DNA of 64,000 bases. Source: the human T2T-CHM13v2.0 reference genome, Homo sapiens. The stretch lies in assembly GCF_009914755.1 (NCBI RefSeq), contig NC_060931.1; one strand, given 5' to 3'. Under the pieces are notes generated by a model that did no database searches, was not told the DNA's origin, and saw only the letters and a program-made list of their open reading frames with translations. Positions 1 through 11,607 of this stretch are shown here, piece after piece (positions within the stretch are counted from its first letter, which is position 1; the number at the start of each line of letters is the position of its first letter). The position numbers were made by a program, and so were the translations under genes.

Positions 1-734
1 AAAAGTTTATGGGTTTCAGTTTTTAGGAAAGTCTTATATAGAAGGAATATTTATTCAAAAACAATAGTGAGGTGTATCTTTAAAAATGAACTTTTGGAAA
101 AGGTCTTAGTACTTCACAGGTGAAGTGATGCAAAGCCTGGAGTCAGCAGATATAATCTTAGTTCTGCACAGTAGCTCATCTTCACCTCAATAGCCTGAGT
201 GACATAATAGGTAAGTAATTTAAAATTATAGAGTGCCATAAAATTTAGAACATAGAAATGATTGTTGGTTATTAATAGTAATGTGTTTTTGTTCAGACAA
301 GGCTATTTAGAGCAAAATATAGTAGTAAGATGTAGGAAAGTTTCACTGTGGACCTGGGTCCTGAGGTAGGCTAAAAAAGAGAATAAGACTTGGATAAGCC
401 ACAGAGAATGGAAAGATATTAAAGATTGAGGAAGCAGAATGATCATAGCCTCTTAGGCTGAACTGAGCAGATTGTCTTTGGGGGACAGTGAGATGAATGG
501 ACAGCTGGCATTAAAAGTGTGTTGAAAGAAGTGAGAAAAATATGCCACACCTCTGATTAAAGAGACCTTTTCCCTAAAGAGGTTGTAAAGATACATTAGA
601 TTGCTATGACCAAAAATAAAAGAGGGAACTGATGAAGTATACATTAAATTGTTCCCCATGTCAAATATCAGTCAAAATTTTTAAAGTTCTTTCTACAGGT
701 TAGGGAGGCCACTTTCATTTATTGCCACATGTAG

Positions 735-920
735 CACTTTTTAACAACCACAGAATGTAAGGCATATTATTTTCTCAGTTTTACATGTAGACCAAAGCTG
801 AAAAAAATGTTAGTTAACTTGCTAAAGGTCACAAAAATGGGGAGAAATAGAACTGGTAATTGAACTCAGGCATTTTTAGCTTGAGTACAGATTCTTAATC
901 ATAAAGCTACACTGCTTCTC
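735..920 (-). mobile_element. MIR SINE fragment
   Basis: Reverse MIR core: 'cagttttacatgtag...gttaacttgctaaaggtcaca...ttgaactcagg...cttaatcataaagctacactgc'. Confidence 0.65.
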
Positions 921-1269
921 TCAGCTAAAAGACTAAATGATAGTATATATGAATAATGAATAATTAGCACCCTAGAACTCACACTGATGTAATCATTCTT
1001 AGAATAAAATATTTCAAATGCATAAGCAAGAATATAGAGTATTTTAATAATTACTCTTACACCCAGGCTTTAGAAAATTTAATCCTGTATTACATTTGTT
1101 TTAGATCATTTCAAAACTAAAGAAAATATTATAGGTATAGTTAAAGCCTTCTGGAATTTCTTATATAAATTAATATAATTAATTATATAAATGGCATGCT
1201 AAACTTAAAATATTTTTGAGGAGTGTACATGATTTTCCCTATAGTGCTTGTTTATTCATTTTAATTTCT

Positions 1270-1699
1270 GTAGGGTCTTCTATTTTATGGATAGACCAAA
1301 ATTTTCCTAATCACTTACCCATGATAAATAAGTTGATTCTAATTTTTCTGTATTACACACAATGCTGTCATGCATACAAGGGACACTGACAACAACTTTT
1401 TTTTACTGTCAGCATGTGCAAGATTTTCACAGACATATAGATCAAGAGGTGGAATCCCTGGATCCTAGAATATGAGTATCTTCAGCTTTATTAAATGTTG
1501 CCAGATTACTCTCCAATGTGAGAGGATCTATATACATTCTTACCAGCAGTGTTTGAGGGTTTCTATTTCTCCATATCTTAGCCAACTCTTCCTACTTTTA
1601 GACTTCTATTTTTTTAACCCAATGGGTATTATATTATTATTATATTATTCTATTTTCATTTACCCAACAAGTTATGAGATAGAGAAACTTTCATATATT
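1270..1699 (-). mobile_element. Old L1M (L1MC/ME-like) 3' ORF2/3'UTR fragment
   Basis: 'agaggtggaatccctggatc...ttaccagcagtgtttgagggtttctatttctccatatc' resembles the antisense L1 ORF2 end; interrupted by the ERV at 1700. Confidence 0.7.
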
Positions 1700-2020
1700 T
1701 GTTGGGAGAAAATTCTACATGGGTCAAAGATCCTCATGTTTTGAATATCCTGCAAGCAAGGCTGTGATGTCTTTGCTTGGGACTATCCTTTAAAAGATGT
1801 TTGTAAAGATCAGTCTTAGAAGACAGACACCATTTCCCTGTGGAGCAAAGGGCAGACAGACTTACTACCCATTATAAAGAATTTTGACTCCCAAAACTCA
1901 GGGTTCCTCTCCTGTAATGCAATCCATTGTATATTCAAGTGTTATCTGGCAGTCTTTGCATTGCCTTGTTAATATCTGAGCTCAGGGAACCAGCACAAAA
2001 AATGTTGACACTCTGGCACT
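1700..2020 (+). mobile_element. ERVL 5' LTR, LTR40-like, 3'-truncated
   Basis: Starts TGTTGGGAGAAAATTCTACATGGGTC; 'ggagcaaagggcag', 'ctcagggttcctctcctgtaatgcaatcc' and 'agggaaccagcacaaaaaatgttgacactctggc' match LTR40 as recalled and are homologous to 3620-4158. Confidence 0.75.
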
Positions 2021-3610
2021 TAAACCATTTTCCAAACTGTCTTTTTGTTGTTTCCATTGTGGTCCAACACAAAGGATACAGAATCCTAGGACGATAAAGG
2101 GAAGCCTTTATTTAATTAAGGTTTTGGTTAACTAAGAGTGAAAAGGTACATTGAAAGCAAGAAATGCAATATATCAATATAGCAGCCTTACGTGGCCACT
2201 CAAAAAGAATAACAGGAGGTAGAGGCTTATCACCAACTGTATTCATCTGTTGCTCCCAATGCCCAGGTGTGCCAGACCCATTGCACAGACCGATGGCACT
2301 TGTTATGTCATCTCAGATGTGACCAAAGGACCAAGACCAATTCATGGCCATGTGACAAGGTCTCCAGTATATGTTTTCAGTACTCCCCGGGGACATCTGA
2401 ATTCCCTTGTGGTTTGTGACTAGTGAGTAGTTGAGTGTTTAGCATGACTGCCTCTCCTCTCTAATGTCAAAAAACATTTACTGTATAGATGACGTTGTGT
2501 TGGCTGGTAAGTAAGAGGGCTCAGCCTAAATGCCCCAGACTATATAGTATTATCACACTTCTGCCAGCGTGATGAAGCCTGAGAAAATTCAGGGATCTTC
2601 TTGCCAAGTCGTTTATGGAGACAGTCTGGGTAGATTCAAAATGCTCAATTTCTTTAACGTTCAAGAAAAACTGCAGTCTTTTCAGGTCTTTGAAAGAAGA
2701 CTCTTCCAAAAGAAAGCCCTGCACTTTATTGAACAATTTGGATATTGGAAATAGTATATACCTCATTTAGATATTCTACTTGGTATTTTATATCAACTAA
2801 CACACAGATCAGCATCCTTTAAGTGGGGCCCAAACTACAGGTTGTATTGGAAGATGTCCTGTGAATTGTTTCATGGTCTCTATATTGGGAGCTCCCACAA
2901 CTGCAATGGCTCCTTTGAACTACAAGTTACTGGGACTGATGATTTTGCTGATTAAAATCTTGGGTAAAAAAGAGGCAGATTTCAAATAGAGGCACATCTT
3001 GGGGTTTGAAATCTTTATCTCCCTGACATGGCCTTCAGGTTCACCCTTTCTGAAAAGCAATTATTAGCTTTCTGCTAGGCTCTTATTGAAACTGAATGCC
3101 TGGCTATGGAGGCCTGGCAACTCTCTGGCCTCATGTTACCATATTTGGGGTGGATCAACGCAAACTCATCAAATAAGAATGTGGCAAGGGCCCAGGAAAC
3201 CTAGCTTGTCAAATGGGAATGATATAATCAAGAGCACAGCTAGATGACATTGGAACCATCTTGGCTTTACATGAAAGTGACAGAGATAGCTGTGGAGGAA
3301 ACTTTATTCCCCGTTCAACCATTTCAACCAAATTCACTGTCTGGGTGGAGTCATCAGTTGACAGGTTTTTTGATAAATACTTGAGTCTGATTCACTGGTG
3401 TTTCAGCTAAGCTGCAACTCAATATTGTCCACTGGGCTGCTGTGGCTGTTCCTGTCCAATCTCAGTGGCTGCTAAAAGTGAATGTAGTTGTTCCACTAAG
3501 CGGGTAGAACTCAGGGTGATTCTTATCACTCTGGCCCACATTACCCTGAGAAGCCTTGTTACATATTTACGGATTCATCAGCTGCCTTCAGTGGACTAGT
3601 TATTTGGTCT
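2021..3610 (+). pseudogene. Decayed ERVL pol (RT-RNase H) internal region
   Basis: Degenerate class III pol motifs: CIDDVVLAG (YIDD-like, ~2482), PEKIQG...FGYWK (ORF 2569-2754), KWGP (~2821), EKQLLA..ALIETE (~3050), VELRVIL (~3505), TDSSAAFSGLVIWS (~3570-3610). Many stops and frameshifts. Confidence 0.8.
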
Positions 3611-3619
3611 TCTTTCCCT

Positions 3620-4158
3620 CTTTGTTGTCATGTGTTTGTACATCTTTCAGTGAGACAGTGACTATCCTTTTCTCCCAGACTATATTTTCATGGATGTTTA
3701 TATAGCAAACATCTTTGGAAGGCAGAGATATTGTCTTCCTCTGGAACAAAGTTCACATTTTCTACTTGTACTACTATTTCACATTCACTACTTCTACTGC
3801 ATACTATATATGCAAGTATAATAACAGTCATATCTCCCTCCAGAGCCATGAGTTAGCCTGCTTTGCAACCCTTAGATAAGTTTCAGGTTCCCTAAGCTAG
3901 GGTTTCATTCCTTATACCTCACGGCATACACAGGTATTATTTGACTGTCTTTATATGTTCTGTGGGAATTGGTCACTCAAGAAACCGGTGCAAGAAAATA
4001 ATGATGCTTTGGCTACCACTATTGCTATGAGCAATGAACTGTCCCTTGTCTCTGACTCAGGAGTCTCATGTCTTTTGCCAACATTTATGAAACTCTGGCA
4101 GGCTAACTAATTAGCTTGTTAATAGGGTAAGAGCTCAGATACTTGAGAGTTCATGACA
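3620..4158 (+). mobile_element. ERVL 3' LTR, LTR40-like
   Basis: 'gtctctgactcaggagtctcatgtcttttgcca...ggcaggctaact...gggtaagagctcaga...tcatgaca' with terminal CA at 4158. Confidence 0.75.
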
Positions 4159-4159
4159 A

Positions 4160-5930
4160 TTATGTTTTTTCATTTTTTAAAATTTCTTTTCATGTCAATT
4201 TTGTTGATTAAAATTTTCTAGAAAATAATAAAGTTGACTTACAATTTCAATTTTTACATAAAATATTTCATAGTATTAGTCTCATATTTAATCACTACTG
4301 CATGTGTAATTATTTTCTTTTATGTTTTTAATATTAGTTATTTATGACATTTAAATTCATTAATCTGTCAGAGGTAAGTTGATTTCATTTTATTTTTTGA
4401 CAGCACTAGCATTTGTTCTTGTGGATTCTTTGTTTTTCTTTTCTATTTTGTTACTATATCTTTCTAGTTTTCTTTTTTCTACTTTCTTTAAATATATTTT
4501 CTGGTGTTTTGAGATGTATATTTAACTCTATCTTCAGTGGTTTTTATTTAGTAAAAATTGCCTTTGATGGTATAAATTCACCTCTAAAAACTGTATGAAA
4601 TGCATTTTATAAATTTTAATAGACAGTACTTTCAATGTCTTTTGGTTCCAAATAGTTTTGTTTTCTCTTGTGATTTTACCTTAACCTGATAACGACTTAG
4701 AAAGTCATTTTTAAGCTTCCAAATACTGTATATACTATTAGTATTTCCTTAAGACTTATTGGGAGTTTATGAATTAATTTCATGATCATATTTTGAAAAC
4801 ATTCCAGTACTTAGAAAACATGTATATATCTTGTATTTTTGGGATACTGTGTTCTATAATTATCTGTTTGATCACGCATGTTAATTTTGTTGTGTAAAGT
4901 TACTATAACCTTAGTCATTTTGTGTGCTTGAGTTATCTTCTGAAATAAGTTAAAATAATCCACTATGATTATGGGCTTATAAATTTCTCCTGATAATTCT
5001 AAAAATTTTTGCAACCTATATTTTGAAGATACATTGTTTACTATGTGTAAGTTTAAATCTCTTCTTAATGGTTTGTTCCCATCATTATTATGTGGTATCT
5101 CTATTTATCTGTATTAATTCTTTCTGCCTTAAATTCAATTTTCTGGGATGTTGGTTTTGCTGTAACAGCTTTCTTTTTTTAAATATAGATGATTCCATTT
5201 GTTCATTTTCATTCCTTTAGTTTTGGATGGTCTTTAGTAAGCTAAATTGCATCTCCCAAACCATTTGATAGTCCTTGCCTCTTAATAAATAAATTTAAGT
5301 GATTTTTATTTTTTGTAATTACTTATATATTGAGATTTATTTCAACCATCTTGCTCATGTTTTCTATTTACCATGCTTCTTCTTTGCTTTTTGCCACTTA
5401 TTTCCTGCTAAATGTTTGATTTATATCATTTTATTCGTTTCTTTCCTTCATGGTGATATGAAAAAAATACATGGTACTTCTAGGCATAGTGGTTGTCTTT
5501 AAAGTTTTAATATATATACTTATATAATTCTTTCCAACAAATTTTAAAGTTTTATAGTATTTTTAGCCTCCTTGGACCTCAGTCATGATCTTAAAAAACT
5601 TTAAAAAATAAATATCCTACCCACTTAAAAAATAAAAATAAAAAATAAAATAAAATTTATATTTCATCAGTCTTTTTAAGAGACAAAATGATGTATTGTC
5701 TGAGCAATCAATGCCTTTGTTTACTACATTCTATCAACTGGGTTCATTTTTCTTTTTGGTGAAGTTCATTCTTTAAAACTTATTTTAGTTGGGGGGCTGT
5801 GTGTGGTGAGCAGTTTGGTCTTTGATATCTAAATACGTCTTTAATTTTCTCTCACTCTCGAGAGTTTAGCATTGTCTAAAATTTTTGGTTGATTTTGTTT
5901 TTCTTTAGTATTTTGAATAATTTTCCATTG
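4160..5930 (-). mobile_element. Old L1M ORF2 fragments (antisense)
   Basis: T-rich antisense L1 ORF2-like text, e.g. 'gtataaattcacctctaaaaactgt', 'gaaataagttaaaataatccactatgattatgg'. Confidence 0.6.
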
Positions 5931-7362
5931 CAGTATTAGTTAAGGTGAAGGTTAAGCCAATGTTACAATGAGACCTATCAAATACATGGTTTTAAAGACG
6001 AAAAGAGCTCTCCAGGAGCCACTGGCTTAGGCAGTATTTGGAAGTGGGTTTTTGGCTCCTAGTTCTCTTTCTTGAATAATGGGGATTCCATTAATGCCTC
6101 TGGCTTTACCCATGTTGGTCTGTACCAATTATGGGAATAGAACTTTTGGAAAACCCTGCTTGTTTTTGAATTCTATAACTCTGCAGGTTACATGTCCTGT
6201 CTCATTGTGTTTCTGCTCTATGTTTTTATCACAGAGATGTTTGATAATTGATCTCACACAGATAATTGATCTCAGTTATGTCTTTCAATTTTCCCTTTTC
6301 TAGTTTACCCATCATTGCTATGTAATTATAGAACAGGGGACTATCAAAGCAAAAACTTACTCTATTATCTTGATCAGCACCTACCCTACTTACACTTTTT
6401 ATACGACAGGGGTGTGCTTAAAATAACGATAGTCAATTTTGAAGACAAAGGGAAGGAAATTACAAAAGGGGAGTCTGGGAGGCTTTGTGACTATTAAATG
6501 AAATTAAATTCCATAAACATGTCTAGCACAGCAGCTAAAATAGAGAAGGAATTTTTAACTTTCTTATTCTCTTACCCCTCATCTCCTCACTTCTACCTTT
6601 CCTCCAACAGGTTGCAATGGAATGAGGTACAGGGAGGAAAGCAGGAGACGTGGCTAATTGGAAACGTATTAATCCTAAGATTCTGAGCATCAGTGTCCTT
6701 AGTCCAGTGTCTGACTTTCTGTATTACTTACTACCTATCTGTTTGTATCCCAGCTGTGAATCCAGAACAGACTTGGTGGGAGGGATATCCTAGAAAATAA
6801 TTTTGTAAGCGAGGTTTCCAAGGCCGTAAGAAGCCTAATTGACACATAAATTCATCAGGAGGATAACAGAGGCAATGATTTGGAGAAATGGATACATGCA
6901 CAGATCAAAACACAAATCAATAGCTTAAATATAGACTGAGATGCTGAAACAAGGACCAGTAAAGTTTATGTTGAGGAATTTACATAGGACTGTAATTCCT
7001 GACTTGGTTTCTTATCTAGGACCCAATGAAATTCCCACATTCTTCTGCTTCCTTGCTATGTTCCCTAAGAAATGGGCCTACTTTTTAAAAATCCTCTTAA
7101 TTTATACTATCATCTACTTTTCACCTTGGTAAGACCTCTTTCTATAAGCTTAGCTACAGAATAGTACCTAGGCTGCAAAACAAAGATTTCTTTTTGTAAT
7201 CAAAACAAAGGTCATGTGTTTTGATTTCTAAGGGACTTTGTTACAAACTATTCTAGGGAAACAAATGGAATAAGGAAAATAATAAACATGAGGGAATTCT
7301 TTAAAAATCTTGTAGAATAACTCTTGATATTTACTTCCTCATTCACTTTTGTTTGTAAATCA

Positions 7363-7575
7363 TAGCACAATAGTGGAAAGAGCCCAGGTTTTTGAGACAG
7401 AAAGGCCTGGGCTCAACCTGGCTCCTCACTTATTACCTCTGTCACCTTGCCCAAAGTCTGTAAGCCTCAGTATTTTGACTATTAATTATTATTAAACCTA
7501 TTAAAATCTATTAAATGGTAATAAAATACTTATTTCATGAGGTTGTTGTGAGGACTAAAGAAAATAACATATACA
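7363..7575 (+). mobile_element. MIR SINE
   Basis: 'agcacaatagtggaaagagc...gtcaccttg...aagcctcagt...gaggttgttgtgaggactaaag'. Confidence 0.75.
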
Positions 7576-8478
7576 TTAACAGTTATAAATTTTCCCTTTT
7601 ATTTCTGATGTTAACCCTTTCCTCCACACTTGTCAATCTCATTTTATCTCAGCAAAATTTAGGTGGATTTTTTTTCCCCTAAAATGGCATTCATACTTGA
7701 AGAGTGAATCTAGGTCAAATTGTAAGTGTTCCCTTTGTTTCTGAGAACCTGTAGACGGGGTTACTTCTATATTTACATGGTCTTTATAAAGACCTGCTAT
7801 GAAGACCTGTACATTTCTTTGTTGACAAGATGTACCAAAGGAATGAGAACGTGTGTGCAAAATGTGCCTCACGGGAGCTGATCCTTGAACATTGGTATAT
7901 ATTAAGGTGACCTTTTCATCCAATGTCAGTATTACAGGGCAGTATAGGTGTGGCTTCTTAAATGTATCATGTTTTTAAAAGCCCTTCTTTAAAGAGCTTA
8001 ATGTAGGAAAAGGAGCCTTTGAAATTACAGGCAGCAAGGCACTTAACGTTTATTCACTGTACTCCAGGGGCAATTCATCTCCAGGAGAATTTCTAAAGCT
8101 CATAATTCTAAGAATTGGTATATTTCTATTGAACGTGACCTTGATAGCTTGATCTCAACCCCACACTATGAGTTTGTGAGGAATGAATGGAACTAAAGCA
8201 ATGAAGACTTGAGTTTCTCCATCAAACATTTGTTGCACTTCTAACTAGCCTGAGTCCAGGGGAGCTGAATAGCTCTCTTTCTATGCTTTGTGTTATTATG
8301 TATAATGTATGTTTCAACTGCAATGCTACCTCCTTGACTGACCTTGAAACTTAGCAAAAAAGTTTTATAAGCTCATCTCATCATTTCAAAACTCCGTTGC
8401 TTAAAAATTACTCAACTGCTTTACTAAGAGTTGGCTTGATTTTCTTTACTCACTGAGATCTGAAGAACTGCCAAGTTG

Positions 8479-8644
8479 AAATTTTATAGCTTTAGAAGTT
8501 ATTTTATATATATGTATGAAATGATATATGTATATAAAAGACATATTACAAATAAAATATACATATTTATATATAAAAACATACATATATAGAGTATATA
8601 AAAATATACATATATATAAAATAACTTCTAAAGCTATAAAATTT
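8479..8644. repeat. 39-bp perfect inverted repeat around an AT-rich spacer
   Basis: 8479-8517 AAATTTTATAGCTTTAGAAGTTATTTTATATATATGTAT is the exact reverse complement of 8606-8644. Confidence 0.95.
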
Positions 8645-9093
8645 AGTTGTGTGTATAGCCATATAATTTTTAATATATATAAAATAATATATATATATAC
8701 ACTCACACAAATACATATATATGGCAAGCTGGCAAAAAAGTTGGTGTTCTTTCCTGAGCTCATACTTATTTCATAGTCAGTTAAATAGCTTCCAAACTAT
8801 AGATAAACATAGGTTAACTACACCAAACTGTGATAATCACATTAGCCAATATTTGGAAAAAACAAATCTGAGCATCAAGCTGTTTAGCTTTAACTATTAT
8901 CATCAATTTTCCATATCACATAATTATGGGGGGGAGCGTTAGTAAATAAGAAAATAATTGGATTCCATCTTACAATGTGACCTCAGAAAGATATTGAGAA
9001 TACACATTTTATACACTAACATATGTGTGTTTATAAACAACTTTATAATATTAAAGTGATTTGCTTTCTTTTATACTTTTTCATGAATGTTAC

Positions 9094-9251
9094 TAGTGGT
9101 GTGCTAGTAAATGTTTAATATCTGGCTCTCAGGGTGGAGAAAATTCTGATTTGTAGCATATGACAATTTTGCTCCGCTATGGCTGATGTTAACCAGCATG
9201 CAAAAGTTCTTAAAATTTAACAATCGTCTCTCAGAAGCTAAACACATCACT
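9094..9251 (-). mobile_element. hAT-Tip100 DNA transposon remnant (ORSL-like)
   Basis: 'tagtggtgtgctagtaaatgtttaatatctggctctc' ... 'aaaatttaacaatcgtctctcagaagct...acacatcact' with short TIR-like ends. Confidence 0.55.
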
Positions 9252-10197
9252 AAAGTATTTGGTTTACTTCTGTGAGGTGATAAAAGTTTATGAAGACATC
9301 TTATTTGATAATGTTTTTAATAACTATATGTGTGTATATAAAAATAAATTTGAAGTATTGAATTTTATATTTTAATGTATGTTTTTATTATATTTTATAT
9401 TTATATTTAATATTCATATATTCATTTAGATGCCTAAAACCCAAAGTCTAAATTGTACCTCAATATATCATTATCTTATTTTTTCATTGCTAAATAGTGA
9501 CAAAGAGAATATGTTTGTCATGTTTTTTTTCCTTGTAATGGGCTCTTTTATTCTGGAAATGATTTTAGTATGCCGATCAATTTTTTTTTAAACTTAAGAT
9601 ACTTAATTTTTAAAATTTGATAGCTTCCCTACAAGTCTGTGATTCCAAATATTAGGGAAGAAAAGAGGCTTCGTCCTGTCTTCTGAGAGCTATCGAGGTT
9701 TGAAATGCCACGGCTTCTGAAACTAACCTAGCTGTTGGAAGGCTAGCTAAGGGATTCTCTAAGGACTCTGGTATTTTAAAGGAACAAATGAACCATTATT
9801 TTTGGGGCATGTTGATGGTTGGTCTGTACCTCTCAAATTTCTGCCTCAGTATTGAAAACACCAGCAAGACTGGAATCTTTTGGTTAATGGATGATTGCTG
9901 ATGTTGCTTTGTTGTCATTCCTTAGTACTTACCCAAGCCATGGTCCCTTACTAAACAACTCTAGGCTGTTTCCTTTTATTTCTTGAACCAATAAAATTTG
10001 CTTCAGCAATGAAGAGCCTTACTTGTTTTAATTAGTGGGATACGGAAGGGTCAGGTGTCATCCATATCTTTGGCATGGTTGCCTAGTTCTTTGTTTAGTC
10101 TATCAGGTCACAAACCCCTGAATATCATGAAAGCCTGGGTGGCCCACTTTCATGAGCTCTTCTAGAATTTGGAAATTTCCTGATTGTACCATGCTCC

Positions 10198-10662
10198 TGT
10201 AAACCAAAAAGTGACTGAAGCAGGTATCAATCAATTCGAGGTGTATTCTGCCAAGGTTGTAGAAACATTGAGGAAAAAGAAATACACATCACAGGAGGAT
10301 CTGTGAGTTGTGCTTTCTCCAAAGAGACTTTTGGGAACTTCAATATTTAAAAATGAAAAAGAGCAAGCAGGAGGGGAAGAAGAAAAAGAAGTGAGGGTAG
10401 GCAAGGAGGCAAGTGGTTGCATTCTTGAGAGGCTCTGATTCGTGCTCAGTAAATCTACATTTTACATGTGAAAAGACAAAGTAGAGGAAAAAGTCATATT
10501 GCACACAGTACCTCCACATTTTACATAAGATAAAGTAAACGTGTGAAATTATAGCTATCTGTTTGGGGACAAAGGTAAGCAGTTTTTGCGACATTTTGTT
10601 CCCAAGCTAACTTTCCCTTTGGCATAGTGCATTTGGAGTGCGGAGATTCCATTTTCTTTCTC
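10198..10662 (-). mobile_element. ERV1 MER4-group solo LTR (MER83-like)
   Basis: TGTAAACCAAAAAGTGACTGA... through 'ttcccaagctaactttccctttggcatagtg'. Confidence 0.75.
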
Positions 10663-10714
10663 TATTATCTAGGCCCTTGGATATTCTGTTTCTTTTCTCT
10701 GAAAACAGTTATCC

Positions 10715-11005
10715 CTTTTCCTTGACTGGCTAACTTTAATTATCTTTTAATTCTCAGCTTAGGCATCTAAAAATGTTCTAGGTTAGGCTAACTCTGTAAT
10801 TCCAAGTAAGATGCGCCTACTGTGTACCCTCATTATTTCATGCGTCTGCTGATACTGTTATTCCCTATGTCTGTCTCTTTCAACTAGTCTCACCTGTGTT
10901 GCAGCAGGAACTGTGTCAGTCTTAGTTTTGTTGTTCATCAATATCTTCCATGTGCCTGGCACACAGTAAGTTTTCTAAGAAAAGTTTGTTTAATAAATGA
11001 GTGGA
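10715..11005 (+). mobile_element. L2 3' end
   Basis: Ends 'tgcctggcacacagtaag...tttgtttaataaatgagtg', the typical L2 terminus. Confidence 0.7.
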
Positions 11006-11264
11006 GGACTTGGGCATTCCCTGGAAAGAGATGTGGTTTTCTTGACCTGCAATGAAAGCTAGTTTCCTTATAAATCTTATTTCCTTTTAGTGTGTGATAC
11101 CTTTGCTGGGAGAAAAGTCCTTATAGGTAGACTGTGGTTAATTAAGAGCTTATAGATACATCCTAATTTTTCAGCAGAGCCTATTCCAACAGTCAACTAA
11201 CTCAATTGCTTCCAGTTGAGATCTGGTGACTTTATAACATTGGTTTGGATAGGAAGGAACCATA

Positions 11265-11607
11265 CAGATGGTTCCCAACTTATCAGTGGGTTATTCTTAC
11301 AATTTTTTGGCTTTACAGTGGAGTGAGAGCAATAAGCATGCAATAGGAACTGTATACCCATGCACTCATTCTGTTTTTCACTTTAAGTATGGTATTCAAT
11401 AAATTATAAGATTCAACACTTTATTATAAAATAGAGTTTGTGTTTGATGATTTTGCCCAACTGCAGGCTAATGTAAGTGTACATTCAAGGTAGGCTAGCC
11501 TAACTACGATGTTTGGTAGATTCAGTGTATTAAAAACATTTTCAACTTAACAATATTTTATACTTATAATGGTTTATCAGGATGCCCATTATAGGTTGAG
11601 GAGCATG
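11265..11607 (-). mobile_element. MER47A (TcMar-Tigger) non-autonomous DNA transposon
   Basis: TA|CAGATGGTTCCCAACTTA ... TAGGTTGAGGAGCATG|TA ends; interior 'gattttgcccaactgcaggctaatgtaagtg'. Confidence 0.85.

Noticed and set aside
8446-8776. Overlapping Tyr/Ile-rich ORFs on both strands
   Set aside because: Artefact of the (TA)n tract and the inverted repeat.
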